Shown: piece by piece, positions 38,686-50,800 of the stretch
Layout: the number at the start of each line of letters is the position of its first letter
Numbering within the stretch: the stretch's first letter is position 1
Assembly: GCA_964291275.2 (NCBI GenBank)
Contig: OZ219799.1
Coordinates: forward strand, 2,334,914-2,398,913
Direction of reading: 5' to 3'
DNA length: 64,000 bases
Source: Rhodothermales bacterium
GTDB lineage: Bacteria; Bacteroidota; Rhodothermia; Rhodothermales; Bin80
Program-made: the position numbers and the translations under genes
Notes under the pieces: generated by a model
Told to the model about the DNA's origin: nothing
The model's database searches: none
What the model saw: the letters and a program-made list of their open reading frames with translations, nothing else

Positions 38686-40569
38686 ATGAGAACAGTCCGT
38701 TGTACGACGGCGCAAGCGGTCGTAGCATTTTTGAAGAACCAGTTTGTGATGCGTGATGGCTTCGAGCAGCGTTTTTTTGCCGGTTGTTCGGGGATCTTCG
38801 GCCATGGAAACGTCAGTGGGATCGGTCAGGCACTGCAGGAGCATCAAGACTTCAGGTACTACCAGTCCAGAAATGAACAAGCGATGGTTCATACGGCGGT
38901 GGCATTCGCCAAAATGAAAAACCGCCTGCAAACACTTGCCTGCACCACATCAATTGGTCCGGGGGCAACGAATATGATCACGGGAGCGGCGGTGGCTACC
39001 GTGAACCGTTTGCCAGTACTGCTTTTGCCGGGTGATATCTTCGCCCGTCGCAACGTAGCCCCCGTCCTGCAGCAACTCGAGAGCGAACACTCACAAGATA
39101 TGAGTGTGAATGACTGCTTTAAGCCTGTCAGTCGTTACTGGGATCGTATAAATCGTCCAGATCAACTCATTACTGCGTTGGCGGAGGCAATGCGTGTACT
39201 CACCAGCCCCTCCGAAACCGGAGCAGTGACCCTTGCATTACCGCAGGATGTCCAAACCGAAGCCCATGACTACCCCGGGGAGCTATTTAGGAAACGCGTC
39301 TGGAAGGTGCACCGCAATCGCCCCGATAGGGAGGCCCTGGTTCAGGCAACAGAATGGATCAAGAATAGTCATCGGCCGCTCATCATAGCAGGGGGAGGGG
39401 TTCTTTACAGTGAAGCAGAAGAGTTGCTTCGGAGCTTTTCTGAGCGTAGAGGCATCCCTGTATGCGAAACCCACGCGGGCAAGGGCAGCGTCCTGCATGG
39501 TGATCCATACAATCTTGGAGCAGTCGGGGTTACAGGCACGCTTGCCGCTAATCGTATCGCTAAGGGCGCCGATTTGGTTATAGGTATTGGTACGCGTTAC
39601 AGTGATTTCACAACCGCAAGCAAAACGTTGTTTGAGCACGCGGACGTACGTTTCATAAACATAAACGTGGCAGAGTTCGACTCCTTTAAGCACGGCGCAT
39701 TGCCCCTGACGGGAGATGCAAAGGTGACGATGGAGGAACTGAACGATGCACTTTCCGGCTGGACGACCTCACACGAGTATCAATCTGAGTGCAAAGCACT
39801 TGTAGAGGCCTGGTCAGCGGAAGTTGACCGGATATATGCTATCCGCAATAAGCCATTACCCAGTCAGGGTGAGATTATTGGGGCTGTTAATGAGTCAGGT
39901 GATCCAGATGCTGTTATGGTGTGTGCTGCCGGGAGTCTCCCGGGAGATCTGCATAAGCTTTGGCGTACCAGACATCCAAAGCAGTACCATATGGAGTATG
40001 GTTTCAGTACAATGGGCTACGAAATAGCCGGCGGTCTGGGCGTAAAAATGGCTGCACCGGAGCGTCCGGTGTACGTACTCGTCGGAGATGGCAGTTACCT
40101 CATGCTGTCCAGTGATCTTGTTACAGCAATTCAAGAAGGCTGCGATTTGACTATTGTGTTATTCGACAATGACGGGTTTAAGAGCATTGGTGTTCTTAGC
40201 CGTTCTTTGGGGCAGGAAGGGTTCGGGACCAGATACGTATTCCCCGAAAACGGCGTCTTGCCGGGAGATACTGATGAAGATGTCAGAACCTTACCAGTCG
40301 ATCTTGCTGCAAATGCAGCTTCCCTTGGCGCCCGCGTCATCGAGTGTAAGAATGTTGGTGATGTGGAAAATGCTCTCAAAAAAGCGAAGAAAGAGAAGGG
40401 GACTACTGTCATTTATGTTCGTAATGACCGCTACGTAGATGTACCGGGATACGAGGCATGGTGGGATGTACCGCCCGCGGAGGTCAGCGAAATGCCAGCT
40501 GTCCAGGAGGCTAGAAAGAACTGGGAGCTTATGCGTGTCAAAGAGCAAAATCATTTTTCTCGGAATTAA
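38686..40569 (+). CDS. iolD: 3D-(3,5/4)-trihydroxycyclohexane-1,2-dione acylhydrolase (ThDP-dependent)
   Basis: 627 aa. N-terminal RCTTAQAVVAFLKNQF and the ThDP motif GDGSYLMLSSDL. Matches the IolD family in length and layout. Confidence 0.85.
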   Translation: MRTVRCTTAQAVVAFLKNQFVMRDGFEQRFFAGCSGIFGHGNVSGIGQALQEHQDFRYYQSRNEQAMVHTAVAFAKMKNRLQTLACTTSIGPGATNMITGAAVATVNRLPVLLLPGDIFARRNVAPVLQQLESEHSQDMSVNDCFKPVSRYWDRINRPDQLITALAEAMRVLTSPSETGAVTLALPQDVQTEAHDYPGELFRKRVWKVHRNRPDREALVQATEWIKNSHRPLIIAGGGVLYSEAEELLRSFSERRGIPVCETHAGKGSVLHGDPYNLGAVGVTGTLAANRIAKGADLVIGIGTRYSDFTTASKTLFEHADVRFININVAEFDSFKHGALPLTGDAKVTMEELNDALSGWTTSHEYQSECKALVEAWSAEVDRIYAIRNKPLPSQGEIIGAVNESGDPDAVMVCAAGSLPGDLHKLWRTRHPKQYHMEYGFSTMGYEIAGGLGVKMAAPERPVYVLVGDGSYLMLSSDLVTAIQEGCDLTIVLFDNDGFKSIGVLSRSLGQEGFGTRYVFPENGVLPGDTDEDVRTLPVDLAANAASLGARVIECKNVGDVENALKKAKKEKGTTVIYVRNDRYVDVPGYEAWWDVPPAEVSEMPAVQEARKNWELMRVKEQNHFSRN

Positions 40570-40573
40570 TCTT

Positions 40574-41536
40574 ATGCGCTGTTTGTGGATTCCTTTGTTA
40601 TTCGTGTTGGGGGTTGTCTGCGGTGGCTGTGCGTCTGATGATGACGCTGGCACCGATGCTCCGATCCTGCGATTCGTGTTTGTGACGCACGGGCAGGCCT
40701 CAGATCCTTTCTGGAGTGTTGTTCAGAGGGGAGCATTGGATGCCGCTCAACATACCGGAACAAGGGTGCTGTACCAGGCCCCTGAATCTTTTGACTTGGT
40801 GACTATGTCCCAGCTTATTGATGCCGCTCTGGCATCCCAGCCAGATGGGCTTGTGGTTAGTATCCCTGATGCAGACGCATTGGAAGCAGCACTGATGTCG
40901 GCCCGCGAAGCGGGTGTTCCGATCGTGAGCATTAATTCCGGTGGTGAGCATGCTCAGCGGCTGGGGAGCCTGCTCCACGTAGGCCAATCTGAATATGAAG
41001 CCGGTTATCAGGGAGGTCTGCGATTATCTGCAGTGGGTGCAACGAATGCGTTGTGTATTAATCAGGAGGTTGGCAATCTCGCACTCGACGAACGTTGCCG
41101 AGGTTTTACTGACGCGCTAGAAAGCCAGGGGAGCAGCGTAGAAATGCTTGCCGTGGAACTGGGAGATCCTACTGAGTCCACACAGCGGATAATTGCAGCG
41201 CTTCGCAGTGACCCTTCCATTGATGCTCTAATGACCTTGGGACCAACCGGTGCGCTGCCATGCATGCGCGCGCTGGAAGAAATTGATAACCCAGGAATCA
41301 ATTTCGCAACCTTTGATACCTCCCCCGAAATACTCAACGCAATCGAGTCCGGCGCGATCCTGTTTGCAATTGATCAGCAGCAGTATATGCAGGGTTATCT
41401 GCCCGTTGTACTTTTGGCGCTGTACCACCGTAACGAAAATCTGTTGGCTCACGAGAGCCTGCAGACAGGACCAGGGTTCATCACAAAGAGCAACGTAGGG
41501 CGATTAAAAGAATTGACCGCACGGGGTACACGTTGA
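40574..41536 (+). CDS. Sugar ABC transporter substrate-binding lipoprotein (Peripla_BP_4-like)
   Basis: Lipobox VVCGGC; [18 protein letters not shown] is typical of ribose/inositol-type SBPs. The ATG at 40574 begins 5 nt after the iolD stop. Confidence 0.8.
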   Translation: MRCLWIPLLFVLGVVCGGCASDDDAGTDAPILRFVFVTHGQASDPFWSVVQRGALDAAQHTGTRVLYQAPESFDLVTMSQLIDAALASQPDGLVVSIPDADALEAALMSAREAGVPIVSINSGGEHAQRLGSLLHVGQSEYEAGYQGGLRLSAVGATNALCINQEVGNLALDERCRGFTDALESQGSSVEMLAVELGDPTESTQRIIAALRSDPSIDALMTLGPTGALPCMRALEEIDNPGINFATFDTSPEILNAIESGAILFAIDQQQYMQGYLPVVLLALYHRNENLLAHESLQTGPGFITKSNVGRLKELTARGTR

Positions 41537-41538
41537 GT

Positions 41539-42567
41539 ATGGTTTCCCGGGATGAGCGACTGCGCAAGATACATCCGATCCGCCGACTCCTCTCACGCCC
41601 GGAGGTAGGCGCTCTGGGAGGTGCGTTGGTTATCTGGCTATCATTTGCTCTGGTGGCTGGTGATCAGGGCTTTCTCTCACTAAGAGGCACTGCAACCTAT
41701 CTGGAAGTGGCAGCAGAACTGGGCATCTTGGCGTCAGTTGTCGCTCTGCTGATGATTGCCGGCGAGTTTGATCTTTCTGTTGGTTCCATGATTGGTGCCA
41801 GTGGGATGCTACTTGTTGTGCTCAGTGTGCATTTGGGCTGGAATATATGGCTTGCTGCAGTTGCAGTAGTCATCTTTGCTGGACTGGCAGGTCTCTTTAA
41901 CGGTATGCTTGTGGTACGAACTGGGTTGCCATCCTTTATTGTGACGTTAGCCACACTTTTCGCCTTCCGGGGCGCGACAATTGCACTGACGCGGCTTATT
42001 ACAGGTCGAACCCAATTGGGTGGGCTCCAGGAAGCGAGCGGGTTTGATTCAGCACAGGCATTGTTCGCGAGTGAGTTGACGCTTGGAGGGGCCAACTGGC
42101 CGGTATCCATTCTCTGGTGGATTCTGATCACGGCGGTCGCCACTTGGGTGCTTCTGAAAACGCGGTTTGGCAATTGGATATTTGGGACTGGGGGAGATGC
42201 TAAATCTGCGAGTAGCGTGGGCGTGCCAGTGCGGCGTGTAAAGGTTACTTTGTTCATAATGACAGCATTAGCTGCCGCCTTGGTGGGCATGATTCAGGCT
42301 GTCACTTTCAGTGGGGCAGATGTTCTTCGCGGTGAGTTGCGGGAGTTTTATGCAATTATCGTTGTTGTGATTGGGGGCACATTACTTACCGGAGGGTACG
42401 GATCAGCCATTGGAGCTGCGATAGGGGCATTGATATTTGGGATGGTGCGGCAGGGGATTGTTTTTGCAGGCGTGGATGCCGACTGGTTCCAGGTGTTTCT
42501 TGGCGTGATGCTGCTCATTGCTGTACTGGTTAATCATTGGATTCGTCGCAAGGCTCTGCAGGAATGA
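41539..42567 (+). CDS. Sugar ABC transporter permease (RbsC/BPD_transp_2-like)
   Basis: A polytopic membrane protein with the conserved GEFDLSVGS segment. Confidence 0.8.
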   Translation: MVSRDERLRKIHPIRRLLSRPEVGALGGALVIWLSFALVAGDQGFLSLRGTATYLEVAAELGILASVVALLMIAGEFDLSVGSMIGASGMLLVVLSVHLGWNIWLAAVAVVIFAGLAGLFNGMLVVRTGLPSFIVTLATLFAFRGATIALTRLITGRTQLGGLQEASGFDSAQALFASELTLGGANWPVSILWWILITAVATWVLLKTRFGNWIFGTGGDAKSASSVGVPVRRVKVTLFIMTALAAALVGMIQAVTFSGADVLRGELREFYAIIVVVIGGTLLTGGYGSAIGAAIGALIFGMVRQGIVFAGVDADWFQVFLGVMLLIAVLVNHWIRRKALQE

Positions 42568-43325
42568 GTACTTCGCTCTTACACACACATCAACTTGGCA
42601 AAGTTTTTGGTCGCGTCATCGCGCTACAGGATATCACCATGGAGTTGCGTGCAGGTGAAGTATTGGGACTCCTAGGGGATAATGGTGCAGGGAAGTCAAC
42701 GCTGATCAAATGTCTGTCTGGCGTACATCGCCCTAGTCAGGGAGGGATATTCATTGAAGGCAACGAGGTCGTGTTCACCTCACCAAGGGAGGCCTTGAAA
42801 ATGGGTATTGCCACCGTTTACCAAGACCTTGCTATGGTACCACATCTGGGCATAAGCCGCAATTTTGTCTTGGGTAACGAGCCTACAAGGGGTTGGGGAT
42901 TACTGCAAAGGCTGGATATGGCCAAAGCGGATCGGATTACACGTGCCGGCTGCGGCAGACTCGGTATAGATCTACGAACAACCAGGCAACCGGTCGGAAC
43001 ACTGAGTGGTGGGGAGCGCCAAAGTGTTGCAATAGCACGGGCGATACACTTCGGTGCCCGGATCCTGATTCTTGATGAGCCGACCTCTGCGCTCGGAGTC
43101 AAAGAATCAGCAAATGTACTGCGGGACGTGGCGGAGGCACGCGACCGCGGTGTAGGCGTCATAATCATCACGCATAATGTGTATCATGCTTTCGAAGTTG
43201 CTGATCGATACACGATATTGCACCGCGGGCGCAGTTATGGTAACTTTATGCGGGATGAAATCAGCCGGAACGATGTAATCAACATGATGTCCGGTCGGGT
43301 CACAAACACTACTGAACAAGGATGA
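42564..43325 (+). CDS. Sugar ABC transporter ATP-binding protein
   Basis: Walker [10 protein letters not shown], signature LSGGERQ and Walker [12 protein letters not shown]. The start overlaps the permease stop (ATGA). Confidence 0.85.
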   Translation: MSTSLLHTHQLGKVFGRVIALQDITMELRAGEVLGLLGDNGAGKSTLIKCLSGVHRPSQGGIFIEGNEVVFTSPREALKMGIATVYQDLAMVPHLGISRNFVLGNEPTRGWGLLQRLDMAKADRITRAGCGRLGIDLRTTRQPVGTLSGGERQSVAIARAIHFGARILILDEPTSALGVKESANVLRDVAEARDRGVGVIIITHNVYHAFEVADRYTILHRGRSYGNFMRDEISRNDVINMMSGRVTNTTEQG

Positions 43326-44800
43326 GTAACGTACTTGAGTTAGATCATTTTATAGGGGGGAAGTGGAGACCTTCCCAGGCCGGTGATGCCCAGAAGGTCA
43401 TCAATCCAGCTACCGGAGATACCATAGCAAACGTTCCTATGGCTTCGTACACGGATGTTGATGTGGCCGTCCGTGAGGGGCAAGCCGCATTCAAACAATG
43501 GCGACGGACCCCGGTAACCGAGCGGATCCGTTATCTGTTCGCCTTCAGGGAAAAGCTTGAGTATCATTTCGAGGATATTGCCCGTTCGATTACTAAGGAA
43601 TGTGGCAAGACCATCGCCGAGAGCAGGGGCGAATTGCGACGTGGTATAGAAAATGTTGAGGTCGCATGCGGGACTCCTATCCTAATGCAGGGCTACAACA
43701 ATGAGGATATTGCAAGCGGGGTTGATGAGCATATGATCCGGCAGCCGTTGGGCGTCGTAGTTGCGATCACGCCCTTCAATTTTCCGAGTATGATTCCTCT
43801 GTGGTTTCTGCCTTACGCCATAGCGACCGGTAACTGCTTTATCCTTAAGCCAAGCGAAAAGGTACCTCAGACGAGTGCTTGGTTAGTGCGTCTGCTGGAT
43901 GAAGTGAATTTGCCTGCGGGTGTAGTGCAGTTGGTGCACGGAGGTAAGGAGGCGGTAGATGCATTAATTGAGCATCCAGGTACGCAGGCTGTCAGTTTCG
44001 TGGGCTCTACAACGGTGGCCCGTTATGTTTACGCTCAGTCCGCTGCGAATGGTAAGCGGGTTCAGTGTCAGGGTGGGGCCAAGAACATAGCAGTTGTGCT
44101 AGAAGATGCCGTCATGGATATGACCTCGACGATTGTAGCGGATTCTGCTTTTGGCTGTGCAGGTCAGCGTTGCCTCGCGAACAGCCTGGCCGTGACGGTT
44201 GGTGGAGCACAGGGAGTATTTACCGAGGCCATGGTTGAAGCGGCACGTACGCGCAGGGTTGGATACGGGTTGGATGGACACTCAGAAATGGGCCCGGTGA
44301 TCACACCGGAAAGTCGGTCTGCAATCGAAGGTCTAGTAGGTGTAAGTGAGCGAGAGGGCGCGCATGTGCTGGTGGATGGTCGAGGTAAAGTGGTTGATGG
44401 CTTCCAGAATGGTAACTGGATTTTTCCGACCCTCATTGATAATGTGGATCCGGCCAGCACATTTGCCCAGACAGAGGCATTCGGACCAGTATTTGGATTA
44501 ATGCATACGGATGATCTGGACGGCGCAATTGAGTTGATCAACTCCCAGGCCTATGGTAATATGGCTTGCCTGTTTACCAGTGATGGCGCTGCGGTCCGAA
44601 AATTTCGCTATGAAGCTGATGCCGGTAACATTGGGATCAATTTGGGAGTTGCTGCTCCGATGGCCTTTTATCCATTCAGTGGCTGGAAGGATAGCTTCTT
44701 TGGATCGCTTCATGCCCAGGGCAGGCACGGGATTGAGTTCTACACACAGACCAAGGTTGTCGTAGAGCGATGGCCGAGCGGTTGGAGTCGAAAATTCTAG
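43322..44800 (+). CDS. mmsA: CoA-acylating methylmalonate-/malonate-semialdehyde dehydrogenase
   Basis: An ALDH fold with FPSMIPLW and [11 protein letters not shown], catalytic Cys context GQRCLA, 492 aa. The start overlaps the ATPase stop (ATGA). Confidence 0.85.
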   Translation: MSNVLELDHFIGGKWRPSQAGDAQKVINPATGDTIANVPMASYTDVDVAVREGQAAFKQWRRTPVTERIRYLFAFREKLEYHFEDIARSITKECGKTIAESRGELRRGIENVEVACGTPILMQGYNNEDIASGVDEHMIRQPLGVVVAITPFNFPSMIPLWFLPYAIATGNCFILKPSEKVPQTSAWLVRLLDEVNLPAGVVQLVHGGKEAVDALIEHPGTQAVSFVGSTTVARYVYAQSAANGKRVQCQGGAKNIAVVLEDAVMDMTSTIVADSAFGCAGQRCLANSLAVTVGGAQGVFTEAMVEAARTRRVGYGLDGHSEMGPVITPESRSAIEGLVGVSEREGAHVLVDGRGKVVDGFQNGNWIFPTLIDNVDPASTFAQTEAFGPVFGLMHTDDLDGAIELINSQAYGNMACLFTSDGAAVRKFRYEADAGNIGINLGVAAPMAFYPFSGWKDSFFGSLHAQGRHGIEFYTQTKVVVERWPSGWSRKF

Positions 44801-45387
44801 CCCTATCTTATTAATCAACAGGTAGAACTACGTTTTTCTGCTTTGTCGCAGGGCGTTGTTGGAACAATGCTTCCGACTCAAATACGTCTCCAACACCATT
44901 GGGGCATCTATGAGGCTTAATGAAAAACGGAGCGTGTTTCATACCGTTCAATATTCTCATCAACCTAATTCGTAGCTGTCAGAAAATACCTATTCTGTCG
45001 GGTTGAGGGCGTCATAGCCGTGGTTTGTGTACGTCTGAAGTATCAATTCGAGGGGAATGGCTTGGTCGCGGCGTATTTGGGGTTGGTATTTCTCCTAATA
45101 GTTGGATTTGAGCCAATTTCGGCAAAGTTTGTCGGGGTCTGATCTGCCCAGAGGACACACTTCGGTCAGTTTTGTTGTTCTGATTTCTTGTTCTACCGTA
45201 TCCGTATGGCCGGGAGTGGCTTCATGTCGCCTTTCGGCAGTCCTATACCACTGGTCGTGTTACCTCTTCTTAACAATCTGACGCAGGCGGTACATATTCG
45301 CCGCCACGCCCCCAGCGTGACTGTCCGAACGAGCTCCTCCTCACCGTGCGTCCGGATCTAATCCAGTCCACGGTGATTGACTCGTCC

Positions 45388-45418
45388 TTGTCGTGCGCCT
45401 TTCGACGGCGCACGACAA
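45388..45418. other. Perfect 12-bp stem / 7-nt loop hairpin in an ORF-free intergenic region
   Basis: ttgtcgtgcgcc-tttcgac-ggcgcacgacaa. No U-tract follows on either strand. Coordinates could not be cross-checked against an ORF (plus or minus 1). Confidence 0.5.
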
Positions 45419-45644
45419 ACTTGGGCTACGCATAACAAATAGGAGATAAATGCCTCGAACGAAGCTTTAATTTATAGAAAATCCCGGGGATTATCCTAAA
45501 TTACCATCGAATCATTCGGATGCAGCTCAACATTTGCAGGAACAAGCCCCGAAATTAAAAGGGCCACCAAGCGCCAAAGCCTGACAAATAGGTCAAATAT
45601 GTCCAAAACCCTACTGTAAGGACCCCATAGAAACATTCAAATCA

Positions 45645-45830
45645 ATGAACACTTACTTTTCATGCAACACAACGGGGAAGCATCTTTGTTTGCTAGGTCT
45701 GCTGAAGGGGCTTACTGACTTAGTCATAGTAGGAGGATATCCTGCGGCGGATCAAACTGTTGATGACGTCCTCCTTGTTACGGAACAGGGAGACCCCGAG
45801 TCACAATACAATCTGGGTTTATGTACTTGA
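45645..45830 (+). other. Out-of-frame upstream segment of the Sel1-repeat gene (possible original N-terminus)
   Basis: It ends ...VTEQGDPESQYNLGL, which continues the Sel1 repeat consensus. A 1-nt deficit relative to other repeat units, near 45815-45820, shifts the frame into a stop. Confidence 0.55.
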
Positions 45831-47224
45831 ATGGTCTGAATGCGCCAGAGAGCGATCAAGAAGCCGTCGAATTGTACCGCCTTGCTGCGGAACAGGGACT
45901 TGCCAAGGCACAATACAATCTTGGGGTCATGTATGCCAATGGTCGGGGCGTGCCGCAAGACGACCAAGAAGCCGTCAAATGGTATCGCCTTGCTGCGGAA
46001 CAGGGACACGCACGGGCACAATCCAGTCTGGGGCACTTGTACGCCGATGGTCGGGGTGTGCCAGAGAGCGATCAAGAAGCCCTCAGATGGTTCCGCATGG
46101 CAGCGGAACAGGGATACTCCGAGGGACAATTCAATCTGGGGATCATGTACTTGAATGGTCGGGGCGTGCCAGAGAGCGATCAAGAAGCCCTCAAATGGTT
46201 CCGCCTTGCTGGGGAACAGGGATACTCCGAGGGACAATTCAATCTGGGGATCATGTACTTGAGTGGTCGGGGCGTGCCAGAAAACTATCAAGAAGCCGTA
46301 AAATGGTTCTGCCTTGCTGCGGAACAGGGAGATGCAGAGGCACAAAACGCTCTGGGGCGCATGTACGCCAATGGTTGGGGTGTGCCAGAGAGCGATCAAG
46401 AAGCCGTCAAATGGTATCGACTTGCAGCGGAACAGGGATACGCTCTGGCACAATCCAATCTGGGGGTCATGTACTTGACTGGTCAGGGCGTGCCAGAGAG
46501 CGGCCAAGAAGCCCTCAAATGGTTCCGCCTTGCTGCGGGACAGGGAAACGCACAGGCACAATACAACCTGGGGCGCATGTACGCCAATGGTCGGGGCGTG
46601 CCAGAGAGCGGTCAAGAAGCGGTTAAATGGTATCGCCTTGCTGCTGAACAGGGAGACGCTCTGTCACAATCCAATCTGGGGATCATGTACTTGACTGGTC
46701 AGGGCGTGCCAGAGAGCGGTCAAGAAGCCGTCAAATGGTTCCGCCTTGCAGCGGAACAGGGATATGCTCTGGCACAATACAGCCTTGGGGTCATCTACGA
46801 AGGTGGTGGTGGCGTAGCTCAAGATGACCAAGAAGCCGTCAAATGGTATCGCCTTGCAGCGGAACAGGGATACGCTCCTGCACAATGCAACCTGGGGCAC
46901 ATGTACGCCAATGGTCGGGGCGTACCAGAGAGCGATCAAGCAGCCGTTAAATGGTATCGCCTTGCAGCGGAACAGGGGGACGCACAGGCACAATCCAATC
47001 TCGGGTATATGTACTTGAGCGGTCGGGGCGTGCCAGAGAGCGATCAAGAAGCCGTCAAATGGTTCCGCCTTGCTGCGGGACAGGGATATGCTTTGGCACA
47101 ATTCAGCCTGGGGATCGTGTACGAAAGCGGTTGGGGCGTAGTTCAAGATGACCAAGCAGCCGTCAAATGGTATCGCCTTGCAGCGGAACAGGGATACGCT
47201 CTGGCACAATACAATCTGGGGCAC
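45750..47224 (+). repeat. Tandem 108-bp coding repeats (Sel1 units)
   Basis: For example, gaagccgtc...ggaacaggga recurs at 45860 and 45968, exactly 108 nt apart. Similarity between units is high enough to create long spurious ORFs in other frames and on the other strand. Confidence 0.85.
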
Positions 47225-47428
47225 ATGTACGCCAAGGGCGAAGGCGTACCGAAGGATTATGTAGAAGCCTATGCATGGAGTAGTCTCTCTGCCTCGCAAG
47301 GAAATGTTGATGCAACTGAGCTAAAAGATTTACTCCTATCAGACATGACGTCCACTCAAGTAGCCGAGGCGAACAAGCGGTCATATGAGATATTCGGTCG
47401 AATCGAATCTGGAAATCTTCAACAATGA
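45821..47428 (+). CDS. Sel1-like repeat (SLR/TPR-type) protein
   Basis: 13 consecutive 36-aa units (MYxxGxGVPxxxxEAVKWYRLAAEQGxAxAQxNLG) plus a degenerate 14th. Confidence 0.85.
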   Translation: MYLNGLNAPESDQEAVELYRLAAEQGLAKAQYNLGVMYANGRGVPQDDQEAVKWYRLAAEQGHARAQSSLGHLYADGRGVPESDQEALRWFRMAAEQGYSEGQFNLGIMYLNGRGVPESDQEALKWFRLAGEQGYSEGQFNLGIMYLSGRGVPENYQEAVKWFCLAAEQGDAEAQNALGRMYANGWGVPESDQEAVKWYRLAAEQGYALAQSNLGVMYLTGQGVPESGQEALKWFRLAAGQGNAQAQYNLGRMYANGRGVPESGQEAVKWYRLAAEQGDALSQSNLGIMYLTGQGVPESGQEAVKWFRLAAEQGYALAQYSLGVIYEGGGGVAQDDQEAVKWYRLAAEQGYAPAQCNLGHMYANGRGVPESDQAAVKWYRLAAEQGDAQAQSNLGYMYLSGRGVPESDQEAVKWFRLAAGQGYALAQFSLGIVYESGWGVVQDDQAAVKWYRLAAEQGYALAQYNLGHMYAKGEGVPKDYVEAYAWSSLSASQGNVDATELKDLLLSDMTSTQVAEANKRSYEIFGRIESGNLQQ

Positions 47429-47875
47429 ACCTCAACGCAAGCTTATTATGTGCAATAATAGGCGCCTTTCCGTGGCGGGTGTGTGCCACGAGATACACGG
47501 AGATGAAGCAATGAGTAACCAAAATACACTGAATTGTGCAGGGGAGGAGGGATTCTCTACCATTTATTCGAGGGCGTTGTAGAGTCGGACGCCGTGCCCC
47601 CCTGACCCACCTGACACCTACGCCGCAAAATCATCAGGTTAGCACAAAACTCAGTATTATTTATCGAAAAGTAGGACAATTCCTGCATGAAGGATTATAT
47701 TCTGGATTCGTAGAAACAGCACCTGCCGGATTGATTGCCTGACTCTCCCAGCGGTTGGTATTGCAATCAGTATTAGGTTACAGTGCGATTCGCCGTTATG
47801 ACGGATATTCCGAAGCTGTGGCATAATTGCCGGGTATATAGGCTCTCCGCTTTGCCGCTCAATAATTTATGAGAA

Positions 47876-50800
47876 ATGACGATTAACAGACACACCGTGA
47901 CTTGGCTTTTAGCGTTCGCCTGCATGCTCTTCTATACCGCAGCAGAGGCGCAGACTGGCGAGTTGTTCAAGGACTTGAAGTTTCGCTACATAGGCCCATC
48001 ACGCGGGGGGCGCGTAACAGCAGTCACCGGGCATAAGGCTGATCCAGGCACGTTTTATATGGGGGCAACCGGTGGTGGAGTCTGGAAGACGACAGATTAT
48101 GGAGTAAGCTGGGAGAATATTTCTGACGGATACTTTGAGACAGGTTCCATAGGATCCATTGATGTAGCGGACACCGATCCCGAGATCGTGTATGTAGGGA
48201 CGGGATCAGACGGTATTCGCAGCAATGTGATTATCGGCCGGGGCATGTATAAGTCAACGGATGGAGGCGAGTCTTGGGAGCATATAGGACTTCGGGAGGC
48301 CGGCCAGATTGGTTCCGTGGTCGTGCATCCAACCAATCCACAAGTGGTGTATGTGGCGGCGTTGGGCAACCCATTTGGTTCTAATCCACAGCGCGGTGTG
48401 TTCAAGTCGGTTGACGGCGGTAAGAGCTGGGAGCACGTACTGTTTGTATCGGAGAGGACGGGGGCAGTAGATATTGAGCTTGCACCGGGTAATCCAGAGA
48501 TTGTGTATGCCGCTTTATGGCGCGCAGAGCGCAAACCGTGGACGATTATTAGTGGGGATGATGGTAGCGAGAACGGTGTCTATGTTTCACGCGATGCAGG
48601 CGAAACCTGGTCCAAAAGTACAGAGGGCTTACCACAAGGTCTTATTGGTAAAATTGATTTTGCAGTAAGTCCGGCAGATCCAAGCCGGGTGTACGCACTG
48701 GTGGAAGCAGTCCCGGAAGAGGAAGGCCTCTACAGATCCAATGACAATGGGGCTACCTGGCACGTGATAAGCACAGAGGGATACCTTATGACACGTCCTT
48801 TCTACTACACCAATGTGGATGCGGACCCGACAGATGCCGATATCGTGTGGGTAAATAACCTCGCGCTTTGGCGCTCCGTAAATGGTGGAGAAGAATGGTC
48901 ACGTGTGGGTACACCGCACGGTGATAACCACGATATGTGGATCAATCCGGATGATCCACGAATTATTGTACAGTCGAACGATGGCGGGGCGAACGTAACT
49001 AGGGACGGTGGACGAACATGGTCAACCCAGCACAATCAGCCCACAGCGGAGCTCTATCAGGTCGACGTAGATGAGCGGTTTCCTTATTGGGCTTATGCTG
49101 GTCAGCAGGATAATACCACGGTTGCTGTTCCAAGTCTACCCCCGGACTCACGTCCGGGTGGCCCGACTGCATACTGGGAAGCCATCGGGGGCTGCGAGAC
49201 CGGACCATCTGTCCCTAGTCCAGTAGATGCCACAATCGTTTACAGCAATTGCAAGGGCAGATTCAGTCGATATAATCGTGCATCAGGCCAGGAGCAGTCA
49301 TACTATGTCGGAGGGGTCAACATGTATGGTGTCAATCCACGTAAGTTACCGTATCGATTCCAGCGTGTTGTTCCCATTGAAATTTCACCGCATGATGCTA
49401 ATGTGATATACCATGGATCGCAATATGTCCACCGCACTATGGATGAAGGGCGCACATGGGAGACGATCAGTGGTGATTTGACTGCTTTCAGACCCGAGCG
49501 TCAGGTAATCAGTGGAGGTCCAATCACGCGGGACATTACCGGAGAGGAGCACTACAGTACACTATATGTAATTGAAGTGTCTCCGGTGGAAGCAAACGTG
49601 ATCTGGACAGGAGCAAACGATGGTCCAGTACATGTGACGCAGGATGGTGGAGAGACATGGACGGAGGTTACTCCACCCGGAATGCCCCCCGAGGGCCGTA
49701 TACAAACCATTGATCCTTCACCGCACGCGGCTGGCAAGGCCTACGTAGCGGGATATCGATATTTACTGGGGGATTTTCGACCGTACATTTATCGGACGAC
49801 GGATTTTGGAGCAACGTGGACGCTATTGACAGATGGTATGAATGGAATCCCCGAGGATTTTCCGACCCGCGTGATTCGCGAAGATCCTGGTAAGGAAGGG
49901 TTGCTTTATGCAGGAACAGAGTTCGGATTATTCGTGTCTCTGGACGACGGCATAACCTGGGAGAGATTCCAGCAAGGTTTGCCCGTAACCCCGATTACCG
50001 ACCTGAAAGTTCACCGCGAGGATCTAGTCGTTTCGACCATGGGGCGCGGGTTTTGGATTTTGGACAACATCACTGCACTACACCACGCAACCCCCGAAGT
50101 CATCAATTCAGAGGTCCATCTCTTTCCGATTCGTGATTCATACCGGGTGAGATACGGTTCAGGCGGCGGTAACGCTGCCCCCATGTATCCCAGACCGGGT
50201 ATGGTCATTGATTATTATTTCAAGGAAGAACAGATTGGCGAGGTTTCTTTGGAGATCGTAAATGAAGAGGGGGAAGTTGTTCGAGAAATTGAAGCTGAGG
50301 AACTTCAACCCGAATCGGCTGCTACTCAGGGAATGCGTGGTCCGGTTCCACGGCGTTCTGCTGCGACAGTCCTACAGCGTCGACCAGGAATGCACAGATA
50401 TACGTGGAACCTGCGTCATGATGGTTTTGACATGCCGGATGGGGGAGGCAGTTTGTCTGGTCCAGTGCTTCCCCCGGGTATGTATACTCTGCGCCTGCAT
50501 GTGGATGGAACCACATTCTCGCAGGAAGGCGAACTGCTTATGGATCCGCGTGTAGCCGCCGACAATGTTAGCGTAAGTGATCTCCAGGCACAATTGGACT
50601 TTAGCTTGGAGCTGATGCAGGTTCGTGTCGACGCGGCGGAAGCCGTTCAGCGTATTGAATCACTGATGGAAACCTCGGCAGATGAAGTGCACACAGATAC
50701 ACTCAAAGGATTACACGCACTACTCGTAACGGCGGTGGGTGACAGCTATCCTCAGCCTATGCTCATAGATCAGCTAAGATATCTGTCCGGTTTTGTTTCT

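Noticed and set aside
45419-45432. gggctac motif right after the 12-bp hairpin, reminiscent of the intron domain VI 3' end
   Set aside because: Only 7 nt match, and the following ttgac and the preceding stem sequence are absent. It is probably coincidence.
45750-47224. Regularly spaced repeats that could be mistaken for a CRISPR array or satellite
   Set aside because: The period is 108 bp with no unique spacers, and the whole unit is repeated and codes in-frame for Sel1 motifs. No cas genes are present in the window.
45752-47299. Several 200-290-aa ORFs on both strands across the Sel1 repeats (45752-46615 minus, 45760-46626 plus, 46664-47299 minus)
   Set aside because: They are artefacts of tandem 108-bp repeats that keep alternative frames open. 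Only the frame giving the Sel1 consensus (AEQG...NLG) makes biological sense.
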